The position numbers and the translations under genes are program-made. Of a DNA stretch of 64,000 bases, positions 41,654-52,654 are shown piece after piece. This stretch comes from an uncultured Verrucomicrobiae bacterium (GTDB taxonomy: Bacteria; Verrucomicrobiota; Verrucomicrobiia; Chthoniobacterales; UBA10450), in contig CAWDGJ010000007.1 in assembly GCA_963801815.1 (NCBI GenBank), positions 128,001 to 192,000 on the forward strand. Reading direction: 5' to 3'. The notes beneath the pieces are model-generated. The model saw only the letters and a program-made list of their open reading frames with translations, ran no database searches and was not told the origin of the DNA. Numbering within the stretch: the first letter of the stretch is position 1; every line of letters begins with the position of its first letter.

Positions 41654-43105
41654 CTACGCCGCTGCTTCTTCGCTCTCGCCGATGAGGTCGCGGTAAAGTT
41701 GCTCGTACTTTTGCCCGGCTGTCTCCCAGGAAAAATTTCGGGACATCGCGCGATCGCGCAGTTTTGCCCACAAATCCTGGTCGCGAAAAATGTCGCGGGC
41801 TCTCTTGATCGCGTCCCAAAAAGCCTCGGTGGAATATTCGTAGCAAAGAAATCCGTAACCACTATCGCTCCATGGATCGTAGTCTTGGATGATTTCCTGG
41901 ATTCCCCCGGTCACGCGTGCGACCGGCAACGCGCCGTATTTCAAGTTGTACATCGCGCTCAAACCGGCCGGCTCAAATCGCGACGGAATCAGACTAATGT
42001 CCATGCCGGCTTCGAACACGTGCGCGCTTTTCTCATCGTAGCTTCTGCGATACGCAAACTTGGTTGGGTATTTTCGCGTCGCGACCGCAAGCGCCGTCTC
42101 ATAAACCGGATCGCCCTCGCCCAGAATTACAAAGCGCACGTCGTCGGTCAGAAGTCGATCGAGCAACGGCACGAGAATGTCGAAACCTTTTTCGCCGACA
42201 ACGCGCGTGACCATTCCAAAAACCGGACCGCGCGGGTCCGGATCCAATCGTAACCCATTCAAAAGCGCGCGGCGGCACAGTTCCTTGCCCCAAAGATCGT
42301 CGGGCGCGTAGTTCGCCGGAAGGAGTTTATCGATCTCGGGGTTCCAGCGTGTGTAATCCGCTCCGTGCAAAATGGCCGTCACCTTCTGCGAATTTTCGCG
42401 CAACACGACCTCGAGACCGCAGCCACTCCCGGGGGTTTGGATTTCACGCCGGTGATGCTCACTCACCGTTGTGATCCTGTCGGCAAAAAGAATTCCGCCC
42501 TTGAGGAAATTGAGTTTCCCGAAAAACTCGACACCACGGAGGGTAAACAAACGTTCCGGAAGATTAGTCAGGCGAAAATCAAGTCCCCAGAAACTTCCCT
42601 GCTCGGCGATGTGATGGATCGTGAGCACGGTCGAAAACGGCAACCGATGCGCTTTGACATAAACAGGCACAAGCGCGGCCGGCCAATCGTGCACATGCAA
42701 AATCTGTGGCGTTGGCGTTAAACGCCGCGCCAGTTCGACTGCGGCTTTGCTAAAGAAAATAAAACGCGCGGCATTGTCCTCGAAAGCAACGCCGTGTTCG
42801 CCATAAATGCCGTCGCGATCAAAAAAATCGTCGCAGCGAATTAAAAATAATTGAACACCGCTGGCGCTGTGGGCCTGGAGATATTCGGCAATATAAGTCT
42901 TGTCGCCGACCCGAACGTCGACAGTTACGCCGGTGTCTTCTTCCTTGAACGCCGGATTCTCGCGGATTTCGCGATAGTACGGTAACGCGACCGCAACTTC
43001 GTGCCCCCGGGCGCGCAGCTCACGCGGCAAGGCGTCCATTACATCGATCAGCGCCCCGGCATGCAACAAGGGCGGACCTTCGGCGCTGATCATCAAGATT
43101 TTCAT
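41654..43105 (-). CDS. glgA: Glycogen synthase-like GT5 protein
   Basis: DNAARF, HVHDW, TIHH, ITTVS, R..GEKG, PSRFEPAGL, TGG; the KxGGL motif is altered. Confidence 0.85.
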   Translation of the reverse strand: MKILMISAEGPPLLHAGALIDVMDALPRELRARGHEVAVALPYYREIRENPAFKEEDTGVTVDVRVGDKTYIAEYLQAHSASGVQLFLIRCDDFFDRDGIYGEHGVAFEDNAARFIFFSKAAVELARRLTPTPQILHVHDWPAALVPVYVKAHRLPFSTVLTIHHIAEQGSFWGLDFRLTNLPERLFTLRGVEFFGKLNFLKGGILFADRITTVSEHHRREIQTPGSGCGLEVVLRENSQKVTAILHGADYTRWNPEIDKLLPANYAPDDLWGKELCRRALLNGLRLDPDPRGPVFGMVTRVVGEKGFDILVPLLDRLLTDDVRFVILGEGDPVYETALAVATRKYPTKFAYRRSYDEKSAHVFEAGMDISLIPSRFEPAGLSAMYNLKYGALPVARVTGGIQEIIQDYDPWSDSGYGFLCYEYSTEAFWDAIKRARDIFRDQDLWAKLRDRAMSRNFSWETAGQKYEQLYRDLIGESEEAAA

Positions 43106-43434
43106 CGGCCTCTCGATGTTCGTCGCTCGATGTTTCATGTCAAAAACATCTCTCCAGCCGTCTTGTCCATCCATGGCACTTACTTGAGAAGGAGGACTGT
43201 CTCGAGTCCGTTACGAATAAAAAGACCCTAACAGCGTCGCTGACAAAATTTTGGATTTATATAACAATCACATTCGTGACTCAGAATGCACCTTTTTCGC
43301 CTCCCGATGTGCGCAGCTCGCACGTCGGGCCTATACGCGCCACGAAGAAGGTGATTCCGGACGTGGAACTCCATTGGAGAGATACGTCCAACCGAGAATC
43401 CTATTCCGAATATCACTAAACATCCGCCCTGCTT

Positions 43435-46400
43435 ATGATTAAACCCATTAGATTCGTTCTTGGCCCAGTGCTTTGCGCTCTGATTCTAGCGTCGATTAAT
43501 CGGCCGGCTTCGGCCAAACCAGTCCCAGAGAACCTGGGCAATGGTCTCGATAAGATCGTGGAAAGCAATTTGATCTTAAAAGGTAACACTCCCGCCCCCC
43601 TTTCGGACACCTCAGCTAAAGCAAATGGCACCGCAACGGTCGCGGGAAAAAGTATCGCCACCTACGACGGTTACGCGACCCGGCAGGCCGCGAATTACGC
43701 TGCCCATGCCATTATCGATCCTGCATCGAAGCAACTCTTGGTAGATATTCATTTGAGTGGAAACCTTCCGTTTGCGGATGTCCAGAAGGCCCTAACCACG
43801 AAGTTCGCATCTCTAAAAATCACTGCGGTGGATGCGAAATATCGCGGCGCGGGGGTTATTGAAGGTTTTGTTTCCGTGGATGACGTCGTGGCCTTGTCGC
43901 AAACCAACGGCGTCCGCTCGGTGCAGCTTTCGTTGAAGCCTTATCACCACCGCCGCGCCACGCCTCCACGCGGTCCAGTGACTCCTGCGGCCGATGGTCC
44001 GCTTGGCCTGATTGGCACTACTTTCGATCAGGGCGTCACTCAACATCGCGTTGATAAAATTAATCAGCTCTACAATGCGAGCGCACCAGTCAACTGGGAC
44101 GGAACGGCAATGTCGATTGGGTGCATATCGGATAGTTTTGATACAAGCGGCACCGGCAGCGCAGCGACCGACGTGAGCACCCAGGATCTTCCTGGCCCTG
44201 GCAACAGCATTAATTCCCAGCCGGTCGTAGTGTTACAGGATTTTCCCGGTGGAACCGACGAAGGCCGCGGGATGTGCCAGATCGCTTACAAAATGGCGCC
44301 GCGGGCCAGGATCGGATTCGCCACTGCCGACAATGGTGAAGTTGCTTTTGCGAATAATATTCGCGCCTTGGCTGGCCTTCCCAACTTTACTTACCCGGCT
44401 GGAACTCAGCAAGGCTTCAAAGCTGACGCAATCTGTGACGACGTAAGTTACTTCGACGAACCCTACTTCCAAACCGGAATTATTGGCGAGGGGATCAACG
44501 ATGCTTACGCCGCTGGCGTTTCCTACTTCTCCTCCGCTGGCAATGACATTGGCATTAACGGTTACGATTCAGACCTCAGATTTGTTCCCAATGGCAGCGG
44601 CTTGACCTCAGCCACCAACACCGCTCTCAAGAATACCAACATCAATCTGGCCAATGTGCCGACCAATCTTTACGCCGGCGGTTTTCATAATTTCGATCCC
44701 AGCGGTAATCCGAGCAAGCAGGATGTGGCCCAAACCGTCAATGTCCCAAGTTCGGCTGTATTAGCTCAGTATCTTCTAACGGATTATTTCCTCATCATGC
44801 AATGGGACGACCCATACGACAGTACCGCTCCCACATTGAATCAACCTCCCATCTGGAGCAGCTCGGGATCGATTGACGGAGTCACTACGATGTCCGTGAC
44901 ATTCAATGGATCAAGCACTCCTCCATTGCCGATATTTACACAAGGACAGGAGTACGTAATAACCGAGCACGCTACCAGCGGTAATTTCGATGCGATCATC
45001 AAAGTCATCGATCCCAGCGGAAATACGATCGTCGACCAGGATACAGGAGTGGATGAAACAGTGTATTTCTTTCCTCAAGTATCTGGGCAGTACCAAATAG
45101 AAGTAGATGCGTTCTCCAGCGGCCCAGGCATGGGTACGACCGGCACATTCAGCATCGTGCTCAACACCGCGAACGGCCAGCAACAGGTGACGACAGATCT
45201 GAACCTCCTCGTCTTCGATACGGCCGGTACTTACGTAGCTAGCAAATCGCTGACCACCAACAATCTCGCCAACAACGAGCCAGTCGAACTCGAAGCGATC
45301 ATGGGCGATAACTCCAGTCGCTTACAGTTCGTAATCGCACGCGCCAACACTCCGTCCGCGCCACATCCGGCGTCTCACGTTCGTTGGGTTATGCCCGGTA
45401 ACGGACTTCCGGATCTAGGACCAGCGGAGTACTTTACCTATGGTTCACCGACGACTGGCGGCCATGCCATCGCTGCCGGCTGTAACGGCACTGCTGCGTA
45501 TTCCGTCTTTCGCCCAAGCATCCCGGAGTATTTTACTTCTCCCGGACCAGCCACCATTTACTTTGATGACAATAACAACCGGTTGATTCCGCCACTTATC
45601 CGGCAGCAACCATCAGTCGCTGCCGCAGATGGTGGCAACACATCGTTTTTCGTGAGCGACTCGGGCAGTGACATCGACACGAACCCCAACTTCTTCGGCA
45701 CCAGCGCGGCGGGGCCTCACGCGGCCGCAATTGCCGCACTGGTGTTACAGGCTCATGGCGGACCCGGGAGCGTAAGCCCGGCAGATCTGACAACGATCCT
45801 TCATAATACTGCCTTCCCGCACGACCTCGATCCTTTAACAGCGACAGGTACAGCAACAACCACGAACGGTGGAACTGTCACGGTCACGATTCACAGTGAC
45901 AACGAAACGAATAGAGGCACCGGAGAAAATGACCCTAACTCGATCAGTATTAGCTATGTCGGCCCTGGCAACATCACTGGCTTTACCTTCAACCCACTTG
46001 GGCAAGCTAGTCAGGGAGGTAACGTTACCGGTGGAAGTAATGGTGTCGACGCCACCAATACTTACTTCAGCAATGTCTTCCCGGGCGTAGTTTTCCTGCC
46101 TTCGAGTGTCCGATTCCAAGTCGGGACAAGTTTGCCAAATAGTCTAAGGGCCACCGATGTCACGGCTACACCCAGTAATCAAGCGCCATCGCCGTCTACC
46201 GCTGGACAGTTTTGGACCTTGGGATTGCAGTTCCTCACTAGCAACTTCACCACCGGCAAATCACTCCACTTTACCATTGGCCGCGGAGAACAGCATTCCT
46301 CAGTTGTTCAGGACTCAAATACTGGTCTGCCCGAGTCGGGAACTACTATCGACGATTCCACAGGCGATATCTGGGGCGGCGGCGTCCTCATTCCCGAGGG

Positions 46401-47764
46401 TACGGTCACAACAAATGGCATGGTGTTCAGCGGAACAGTGAGTGATGGATCTACGTTTACGGGGACAATGGTTAATCAGATCGGACAAGGCTACACCCCG
46501 ATGGATGGATACGGATTCATCAACGCCGAAGTCGCAGTTGGCGCCGCTGTCTCCCCGACCCCAACGCCAACTCCAACGGCCACACCGACTCCTACTGCCA
46601 CACCGACTCCTACACCTACTGCAACTCCTACTCCAACACCTACACCTAACTACACCTACACCGACTGCGACGCCTACTCCTACACCGACGCCTACAGCAA
46701 CACCTCCTACTATCCAGGTTATCGTTCAAACCAGCGTAGCGGGACCGACCTTCACGGTGGATGGTACTAACTATTCCAATACCCAGACCTTCTCCTGGGT
46801 ATCCGGCTCTAGCCACACCATTGCCACAACTTCACCTCAAAGTGGCGGCAACGGCACTCAATACATTTGGAACAACTGGAGTGATGGAGGCGCTATGTCA
46901 CACAGCGTTGCTCCGACCACTAACACCACTTACACGGCTAAATTCACTACTCAGTACTTCTTGACCATGAACGCCGGAACTGGCGGCACCGTCTTGCCGG
47001 CCAGCGGTTGGAAAAACAGTGGAACAAGCGGTCAGATCAAGGCAACACCCAATAGTGGGTTCACCTTCAGTAACTGGACCGGGACTGGCTCAGGTTCCTT
47101 CTCCGGGACGACCAATCCGGCGACCATTACTATCAACGGCCCCATCACGGAGACCGCCACCTTTAGTTCGAGTTCGACGCCGACGCCAACTCCTACAGTA
47201 ACCCCCACTCCGACTCCAACTGCGACGCCGACGCCAACTGCGACTCCAACGCCGACTGCGACAGCCACTGCAACGCCTACACCGACTCCGGGTAATATCC
47301 AGGTTGTGGTTCAAACCAGCGTAGCGGGGCCGACCTTCACGGTTGATGGTACTAACTATTCCAGTACCCAGACCTTTTCCTGGGTCTCCGGCTCGAGCCA
47401 CACGATTGCCACAACTTCACCTCAAAGTGGTGGCACCGGTACTCAATACATTTGGAACAACTGGAGTGATGGAGGCGCGATCTCCCACAATGTTGCTCCG
47501 ATTACTAACACCACTTACACCGCCAAGTTTACCACTCAGTACTTCTTGACCATGAACGCTGGAACCGGCGGCACGGTCACGCCGGCCAGTGGCTGGAAAA
47601 ACAGTGGATCGAGCGGCCAAATCAAGGCAACCGCCAATAGTGGATTTACCTTCAGTAATTGGACCGGTAGCGGCTCGGGTTCCTTCTCCGGAACGACCAA
47701 TCCAGCGACAATTACGATAAGCGGCCCTATCACCGAGACCGCCACCTTTACTCAAAATCCTTAG
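43435..47764 (+). CDS. Large secreted subtilase-like protease with Pro/Thr linkers and duplicated C-terminal beta modules (frameshift near 46650)
   Basis: Signal peptide, propeptide, CISDSF, DEGRGM, SSAGN, FFGTSAAGPHAAA; ORFs 43435-46770 and 46442-47764 join within the PT repeat. Confidence 0.85.
46712..47749 (+). repeat. Two 453-bp direct repeats (46712-47164, 47297-47749) separated by a Pro/Thr linker
   Basis: Both encode IQV(I/V)VQTSVAGPTFTVDG...GPITETATF (151 aa) with mostly synonymous differences. Confidence 0.95.
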
Positions 47765-47784
47765 AACAACATTGTTTGGTCGCA

Positions 47785-47809
47785 CATTTTGAACGTACGT
47801 TTCAAAATG
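47785..47809. terminator. Inverted repeat between convergent genes, possible terminator
   Basis: CATTTTGAA-N7-TTCAAAATG; AT-rich stem without a U tract. Confidence 0.3.
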
Positions 47810-47820
47810 GGAGCATCCCT

Positions 47821-49158
47821 CTATTGGTTCTGACCTAGCGAATACTCACGCTTGATCCAATCAAGGGCTTCCTCCCGATTTCGGAATGCGCCTTCCAACT
47901 GTCGCGTTTCAACTGCTTCGAGGATTTCGCCGAACTTCGGCCCTGGTTTCATCCCAAGCGCGATCAAATCGTCACCGCGCACCAGCGGCGGCGGAATAAT
48001 CGGCTCGTTCGCAAACTCTTCGCGTTTGCTCAGCAAAAATTCGTAATTGTCCATCATCCGGTGGCTGCTTGCGCAATCGACCCGGTGAAGTTCGAGTTCT
48101 TCCTCAAATGTCGGACGGGCCATGAAACGTTTCAATTTGGCCACCCGCATCCTTGGGACATCCTTGAACACCATGTGTTGACGCACCATCTCGACTGCGG
48201 CGTCAATCTCCGCGCGCGAAAAGCGCAATCGTTCCATGATTGCTTCCGTCATTCCCGCCCCGATTCGATCGTGTTCGTTGAAACGAATCCGACCGGTCTG
48301 ATCCACGGTTGACGTTACCGGCTTCGCTACATCGTGAAGCAGTACGGCGAAAACCAATGCAACCGAAACTTTTTCGGGCAATAATTCCAACATGAGGCGC
48401 GTGTGCTGAAAAACATCGCCCTCGGGATGAAATTGCTCGGGTTGCAAACAACCTTTCATCGCGTCGAGTTCCGGCAGGACTACGCGCAACAATCCGCTTT
48501 CATCGAGCAAGTCCCAACCGCGAACCCGGTGGGGCGACAAAAAAATCTTCACCAGTTCGTCGCGGATTCGCTCCGCACTGATGTCATTGATGGCATCGGC
48601 ATTCTTAACCAATGCTTTCCAGGTTGGATTGTCGACCTTGTAATCGAGAACCGTTGCGAACCGGATCGCGCGCAGCATGCGTAGTCGATCTTCTTCAAAC
48701 CGCTCCCCCGGTTTTCCGATCGCTCGAACGATTTTCGCGTTGATATCCGCGCGCCCACCGACGAAATCGATCACCTCGTTTTTCTCGGGATCGAAAAACA
48801 TTCCGTTGATCGTGAAATCCCGGCGCTTGGCGTCTTCTTCCGGCGACGAGAAGCGAACCTCGACCGGGTGGCGATGATCGAGATAAGCGCCGTCGGATCG
48901 AAACGTCGCGACTTCGAAGTTGAGTCCGTTCTCCACCACCACCACCACACCGAAATGCGCTCCAACGGCGTAAGTGTGTGGGAAAACCTTTTGAACAACC
49001 TCCGGCGTCGCATCAGTCGCGATATCGAAATCCTTCGGTACCAAATCGCGAACCATGTCCCGAACGCAACCGCCCGCGAAGTAGGTAACATGACCGCGTT
49101 CGCGCAAACGTTTCGCGATCTCGCGTGCAGTCTCCTCCATCAGCGACGATGCTTTCAT
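47821..49158 (-). CDS. cca: CCA tRNA nucleotidyltransferase with HD domain
   Basis: AGGCVRD, DFDIAT, RRDFTIN, EDRLRMLRAIRF, LLHDVAK. Confidence 0.9.
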   Translation of the reverse strand: MKASSLMEETAREIAKRLRERGHVTYFAGGCVRDMVRDLVPKDFDIATDATPEVVQKVFPHTYAVGAHFGVVVVVENGLNFEVATFRSDGAYLDHRHPVEVRFSSPEEDAKRRDFTINGMFFDPEKNEVIDFVGGRADINAKIVRAIGKPGERFEEDRLRMLRAIRFATVLDYKVDNPTWKALVKNADAINDISAERIRDELVKIFLSPHRVRGWDLLDESGLLRVVLPELDAMKGCLQPEQFHPEGDVFQHTRLMLELLPEKVSVALVFAVLLHDVAKPVTSTVDQTGRIRFNEHDRIGAGMTEAIMERLRFSRAEIDAAVEMVRQHMVFKDVPRMRVAKLKRFMARPTFEEELELHRVDCASSHRMMDNYEFLLSKREEFANEPIIPPPLVRGDDLIALGMKPGPKFGEILEAVETRQLEGAFRNREEALDWIKREYSLGQNQ

Positions 49159-49159
49159 A

Positions 49160-49307
49160 GGTAGCGGCGGTTCACCGAACCGCCAGTCTTAATCAGCATC
49201 CGTGAACGGGCGATTGAGGTCAATGGAGCCGTCGGGAGACGAGCGACATGGACGGGCAAGCCCGAGAGGGTGAGCGAACGGGAGCGAGCGAATCAATCGC
49301 CCCTGCC
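49160..49307. repeat. GTAG REP doublet whose right hairpin is interrupted by a 68-bp insert
   Basis: GGTAGC-GGCGGTTC-ACC-GAACCGCC ... GGGCGATTGAGG-TCAAT-[49225-49292]-TCAAT-CGCCCCTGCC. Confidence 0.8.
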
Positions 49308-49829
49308 TTAGACCGACGTCTGCGGCGCTGTCTTCTTTTCCACCCGAAAAGAATGGACGATAAAGAAAACAACGGCGATGCAGATACAGGAGTCCGCCAC
49401 GTTGAACGCCGGCCATGGATGCGCGAACGGCACATGCAGATCGAATAAGAGAAAATCGATCACGTGGCCGTAAAGGAAACGGTCAGTCAAATTCCCGAGA
49501 ACACCGGCCAGCAACAAGGCGAGTGAAACATTCCGCCAACCATTCGAAATCCACCAAACCGACTTAGGAGCGCCGGATTGCGTCGGCCGGTGTCGCACCA
49601 CAAGTAGGACCACCGCGAGCAAAGCCGCCAGGCATGAAATGACGATGAAAAATGTGTTGTTGTTTTTGAATGACCCGAAGGCCGCACCGGTGTTGGTGAT
49701 ATTTACCAAATGGAAAAAATTTTGCACCACCACGACCGGTCGATCAGGGTCAATCGTTTGCAAAACGAGAAACTTGGTCACGCGATCAAGCGCGTAGAGC
49801 GGAAGCGAGAGAAAGAAAACGTACTTCAT
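49308..49829 (-). CDS. lspA: Lipoprotein signal peptidase II
   Basis: NTGAAFG, GVLGNLTDR, VIDF, WPAFNVADSCI. Confidence 0.95.
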   Translation of the reverse strand: MKYVFFLSLPLYALDRVTKFLVLQTIDPDRPVVVVQNFFHLVNITNTGAAFGSFKNNNTFFIVISCLAALLAVVLLVVRHRPTQSGAPKSVWWISNGWRNVSLALLLAGVLGNLTDRFLYGHVIDFLLFDLHVPFAHPWPAFNVADSCICIAVVFFIVHSFRVEKKTAPQTSV

Positions 49830-52537
49830 TTCGATGTCACGACTGCTTCGCACCGGTCGCACAACTCGGGATGCGTCTTGCTCTTGCCCACATATTCGCG
49901 ATGGCGCCAGCAGCGTGCGCATTTTGCGTAGCTCGTTTTCGTGACCGACGCGCTGACTTCCTTCGCTTGTTCAATCGTCAGATCGCTAAGAATGAAAAAT
50001 TCCTCGAGCGCTGACTTGTCGATCTTCGCCGTCACCTCTGAATTCGACTTCAGAACTACCGCGGCTTCCAGCGCGTTGCCGATTAGTTTCTCCTGACGCG
50101 CCTTTTCAATAGCCTGGCCAATAACGGCACGAAGTTTAAGTAATTCGGAGACTTGTTCGGTTGCTTCGGTCCCGCGATTTACCGGCTGCGGAAATTCCTC
50201 GAGATGCACTGACCCGCCAGCCTGCGAAAATTCCCAGGCCTCGTCGGCGGTAAAGGCAAGAACCGGGGCAAGCAGCTGACAGAGTGAGCAAAAAATTTCG
50301 CGCATCGCGGCTTGCGTCGCCCGACGCCTCGGCGAATCGGGTGCGTCGCAATACATTCGGTCTTTGGTGATGTCGACGTAGAGACTGCTGAGATCAACCG
50401 CGCAAAATTGGTTCAGAGTGTGATAAACCCTGTGAAATTCGAAAGCTTCGTAGGCTGCGCGGCAATCTTTAATCACCTGGTCGAGCCGCTCCAAAATCCA
50501 GCGATCGATCAAAGTTAAGTCGTCTTTCCTGCTTTTCTGCTTTCCTGATTCGAAGTCATGCAAATTGCCTAACAAGATCCGAAGCGTGTTGCGGATTCTC
50601 CGATAAGTGTCCCCGAGCCGGGTGAATATTTCCTCCGAAAATGGAACATCGTCGCTGTAATCGATGCTGCTCGCCCAAAGCCGGACCAGATCGGCCCCGT
50701 GTTTGCCCACAAAATGTCCGGCGTCCATCGGTTTATCGTAGGTGCTCGACTTGGAAATCTTCCTGCCGTCGAGATCGACCACGAACCCATGGGTGACGCA
50801 GATTTTGTAAGGTGCGCGATCTTTCAAGGCGATGCTCGTCATGAGCGACGATTGGAACCAGCCGCGATGCTGGTCGGTCGCTTCCAAGTACATGTCGGCA
50901 GGATCTCGTAGTTCGGGATGAAGCGCACAAACCGCCTGATGCGAAACGCCGCTGTCGATCCAAACATCAATTGTGTCGTTGCGTTTGGTTGTTCCCTTCG
51001 GCAGCCCAAGCTGTTCCGCCAGATCGGCATCGCTCAGTTCGAACCAAACATTCGAACCCCGGTCGGCGACGAGTTCGGCGAGCTTTCGAATGATTTTCGC
51101 CTCCAGGATGGGCTTGCCATCTGCTGAATAAAAAACCGGCAACGGCACGCCCCAACTTCGTTGCCTTGAGATTACCCAATCGGGGCGCGATTCGACGGTA
51201 CCAGCAATACGGTTTTCACCCCACGCTGGGATCCATTTCACTCCCTGGTGGATCGCTTCGAGCGCGCGGGGTCGCAGTTCGTCGATGCGGATAAAGAACT
51301 GCTCGACATTGCGAAAGATGATCGGCGTTTTGGAACGCCAGCAATAGGGATAACTGTGGTGGAAATTTTGCGCGCCCAACAAGTTGCCCCGCTCGCGGAG
51401 CAACTTCACCACATCGGTGTTCGCGTCGAAAACGTATTTGCCGGTGAGACTTGGAACGCCGGCTTCATCGGTGAGTTTCCCGTGATCATCGACCGGCGAC
51501 AAAATCGGCAATTTGTTTGCACGACCGAGATTGTAATCATCCTCGCCATGACCGGGGGCGATGTGAACGGCGCCCGTGCCACTGTCCATCGTGACAAAAT
51601 CGGCAGTGAGAACAATGGCTTCGCGATCGAGGAACGGATGGTGCGCTTTGATTCTGTCGATCTTTGCACCTGGAAATGCCGCAATCGGTTCACCGGTAGG
51701 CTCGAATTTTGTATTCGCGCAAAACTGCGCGACGAGTTTGCCCGCGAGCAGCAAGGTTTCCGAATTACCATCGCGTCGAAATTCCTGAACAACGTAAAGC
51801 TCTTTCGGATCAACGGCGATAGCGAGGTTCGCCGGCAGCGTCCAGGGGGTTGTCGTCCAAATCGCGATGCTCGCCTTATCTTTCCAGTCACCGCTGGTGA
51901 TCGGAAATCTTACGTAGACCGAAGTGTCATCCCGTTCCTGATATTCGACTTCCGCTTCGGCGAGTGCGGTTTGCGCGCCAGTGCTCCAGAAAACCGGCTT
52001 CTTCGACTGGTAAACGAGGCCTTTCTCAACGAACACCGCGAACGCCCGCAAAATTTCCGCCTCGTATTTCGGATCGAGTGTCAGGTAGGGATGTTCCCAA
52101 TCGCCGAGCACGCCGAGGCGTTTGAACTGCCCACGTTGCAGATCGACATACTTGCGCGCGAACGCGTCACAACGCTTGCGAACTTCGAGCGGCGACAGGT
52201 CGCGTGACTCCTTGACCACTTTGTATTCGATCGGCAAACCGTGGCAATCCCAGCCCGGAACGTAAGGCGCGCGTTTGCCGAGCATCGTTTGCGATTTCAC
52301 CACGAAGTCTTTGAGAATTTTGTTGAGCGCGGTGCCCATGTGAACGTCGCCATTGGCAAACGGCGGACCGTCATGTAGCACGAAAAGCTCCCCGTCTTTG
52401 CGCGATTTCTGGATCTGCTGATAAAGCTGGGTGTCGTCCCATTTTTTCAACAGCTCGGGCTCGCGCGTGGCCAGATTTGCCTTCATCGGAAAATCTGTTC
52501 GCGGCAGGTTGAGCGTGTCCTTGTAATTTTGACTCAT
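49826..52537 (-). CDS. ileS: Isoleucine--tRNA ligase
   Basis: HDGPPFANG.VHMG, GWDCHGLPIE, WTTTPWT, DWVISRQR, KISKS, C-terminal Zn finger. Confidence 0.97.
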   Translation of the reverse strand: MSQNYKDTLNLPRTDFPMKANLATREPELLKKWDDTQLYQQIQKSRKDGELFVLHDGPPFANGDVHMGTALNKILKDFVVKSQTMLGKRAPYVPGWDCHGLPIEYKVVKESRDLSPLEVRKRCDAFARKYVDLQRGQFKRLGVLGDWEHPYLTLDPKYEAEILRAFAVFVEKGLVYQSKKPVFWSTGAQTALAEAEVEYQERDDTSVYVRFPITSGDWKDKASIAIWTTTPWTLPANLAIAVDPKELYVVQEFRRDGNSETLLLAGKLVAQFCANTKFEPTGEPIAAFPGAKIDRIKAHHPFLDREAIVLTADFVTMDSGTGAVHIAPGHGEDDYNLGRANKLPILSPVDDHGKLTDEAGVPSLTGKYVFDANTDVVKLLRERGNLLGAQNFHHSYPYCWRSKTPIIFRNVEQFFIRIDELRPRALEAIHQGVKWIPAWGENRIAGTVESRPDWVISRQRSWGVPLPVFYSADGKPILEAKIIRKLAELVADRGSNVWFELSDADLAEQLGLPKGTTKRNDTIDVWIDSGVSHQAVCALHPELRDPADMYLEATDQHRGWFQSSLMTSIALKDRAPYKICVTHGFVVDLDGRKISKSSTYDKPMDAGHFVGKHGADLVRLWASSIDYSDDVPFSEEIFTRLGDTYRRIRNTLRILLGNLHDFESGKQKSRKDDLTLIDRWILERLDQVIKDCRAAYEAFEFHRVYHTLNQFCAVDLSSLYVDITKDRMYCDAPDSPRRRATQAAMREIFCSLCQLLAPVLAFTADEAWEFSQAGGSVHLEEFPQPVNRGTEATEQVSELLKLRAVIGQAIEKARQEKLIGNALEAAVVLKSNSEVTAKIDKSALEEFFILSDLTIEQAKEVSASVTKTSYAKCARCWRHREYVGKSKTHPELCDRCEAVVTSK

Positions 52538-52654
52538 GGCAGTGCCAGTCCGGCTCGGGCCGCTGCTACCTAGCATCCGCACCCGGACAAATCAACGGAG
52601 CCAATCGGGAAAGGCCCCTTCCTCGGAAGCGACCTTTCTGTATATAAATGAAGC

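Noticed and set aside
46552..47296. Short periodic repeats resembling a CRISPR array
   Set aside because: They are codon-level Pro/Thr linker repeats with no unique spacers and no cas genes.
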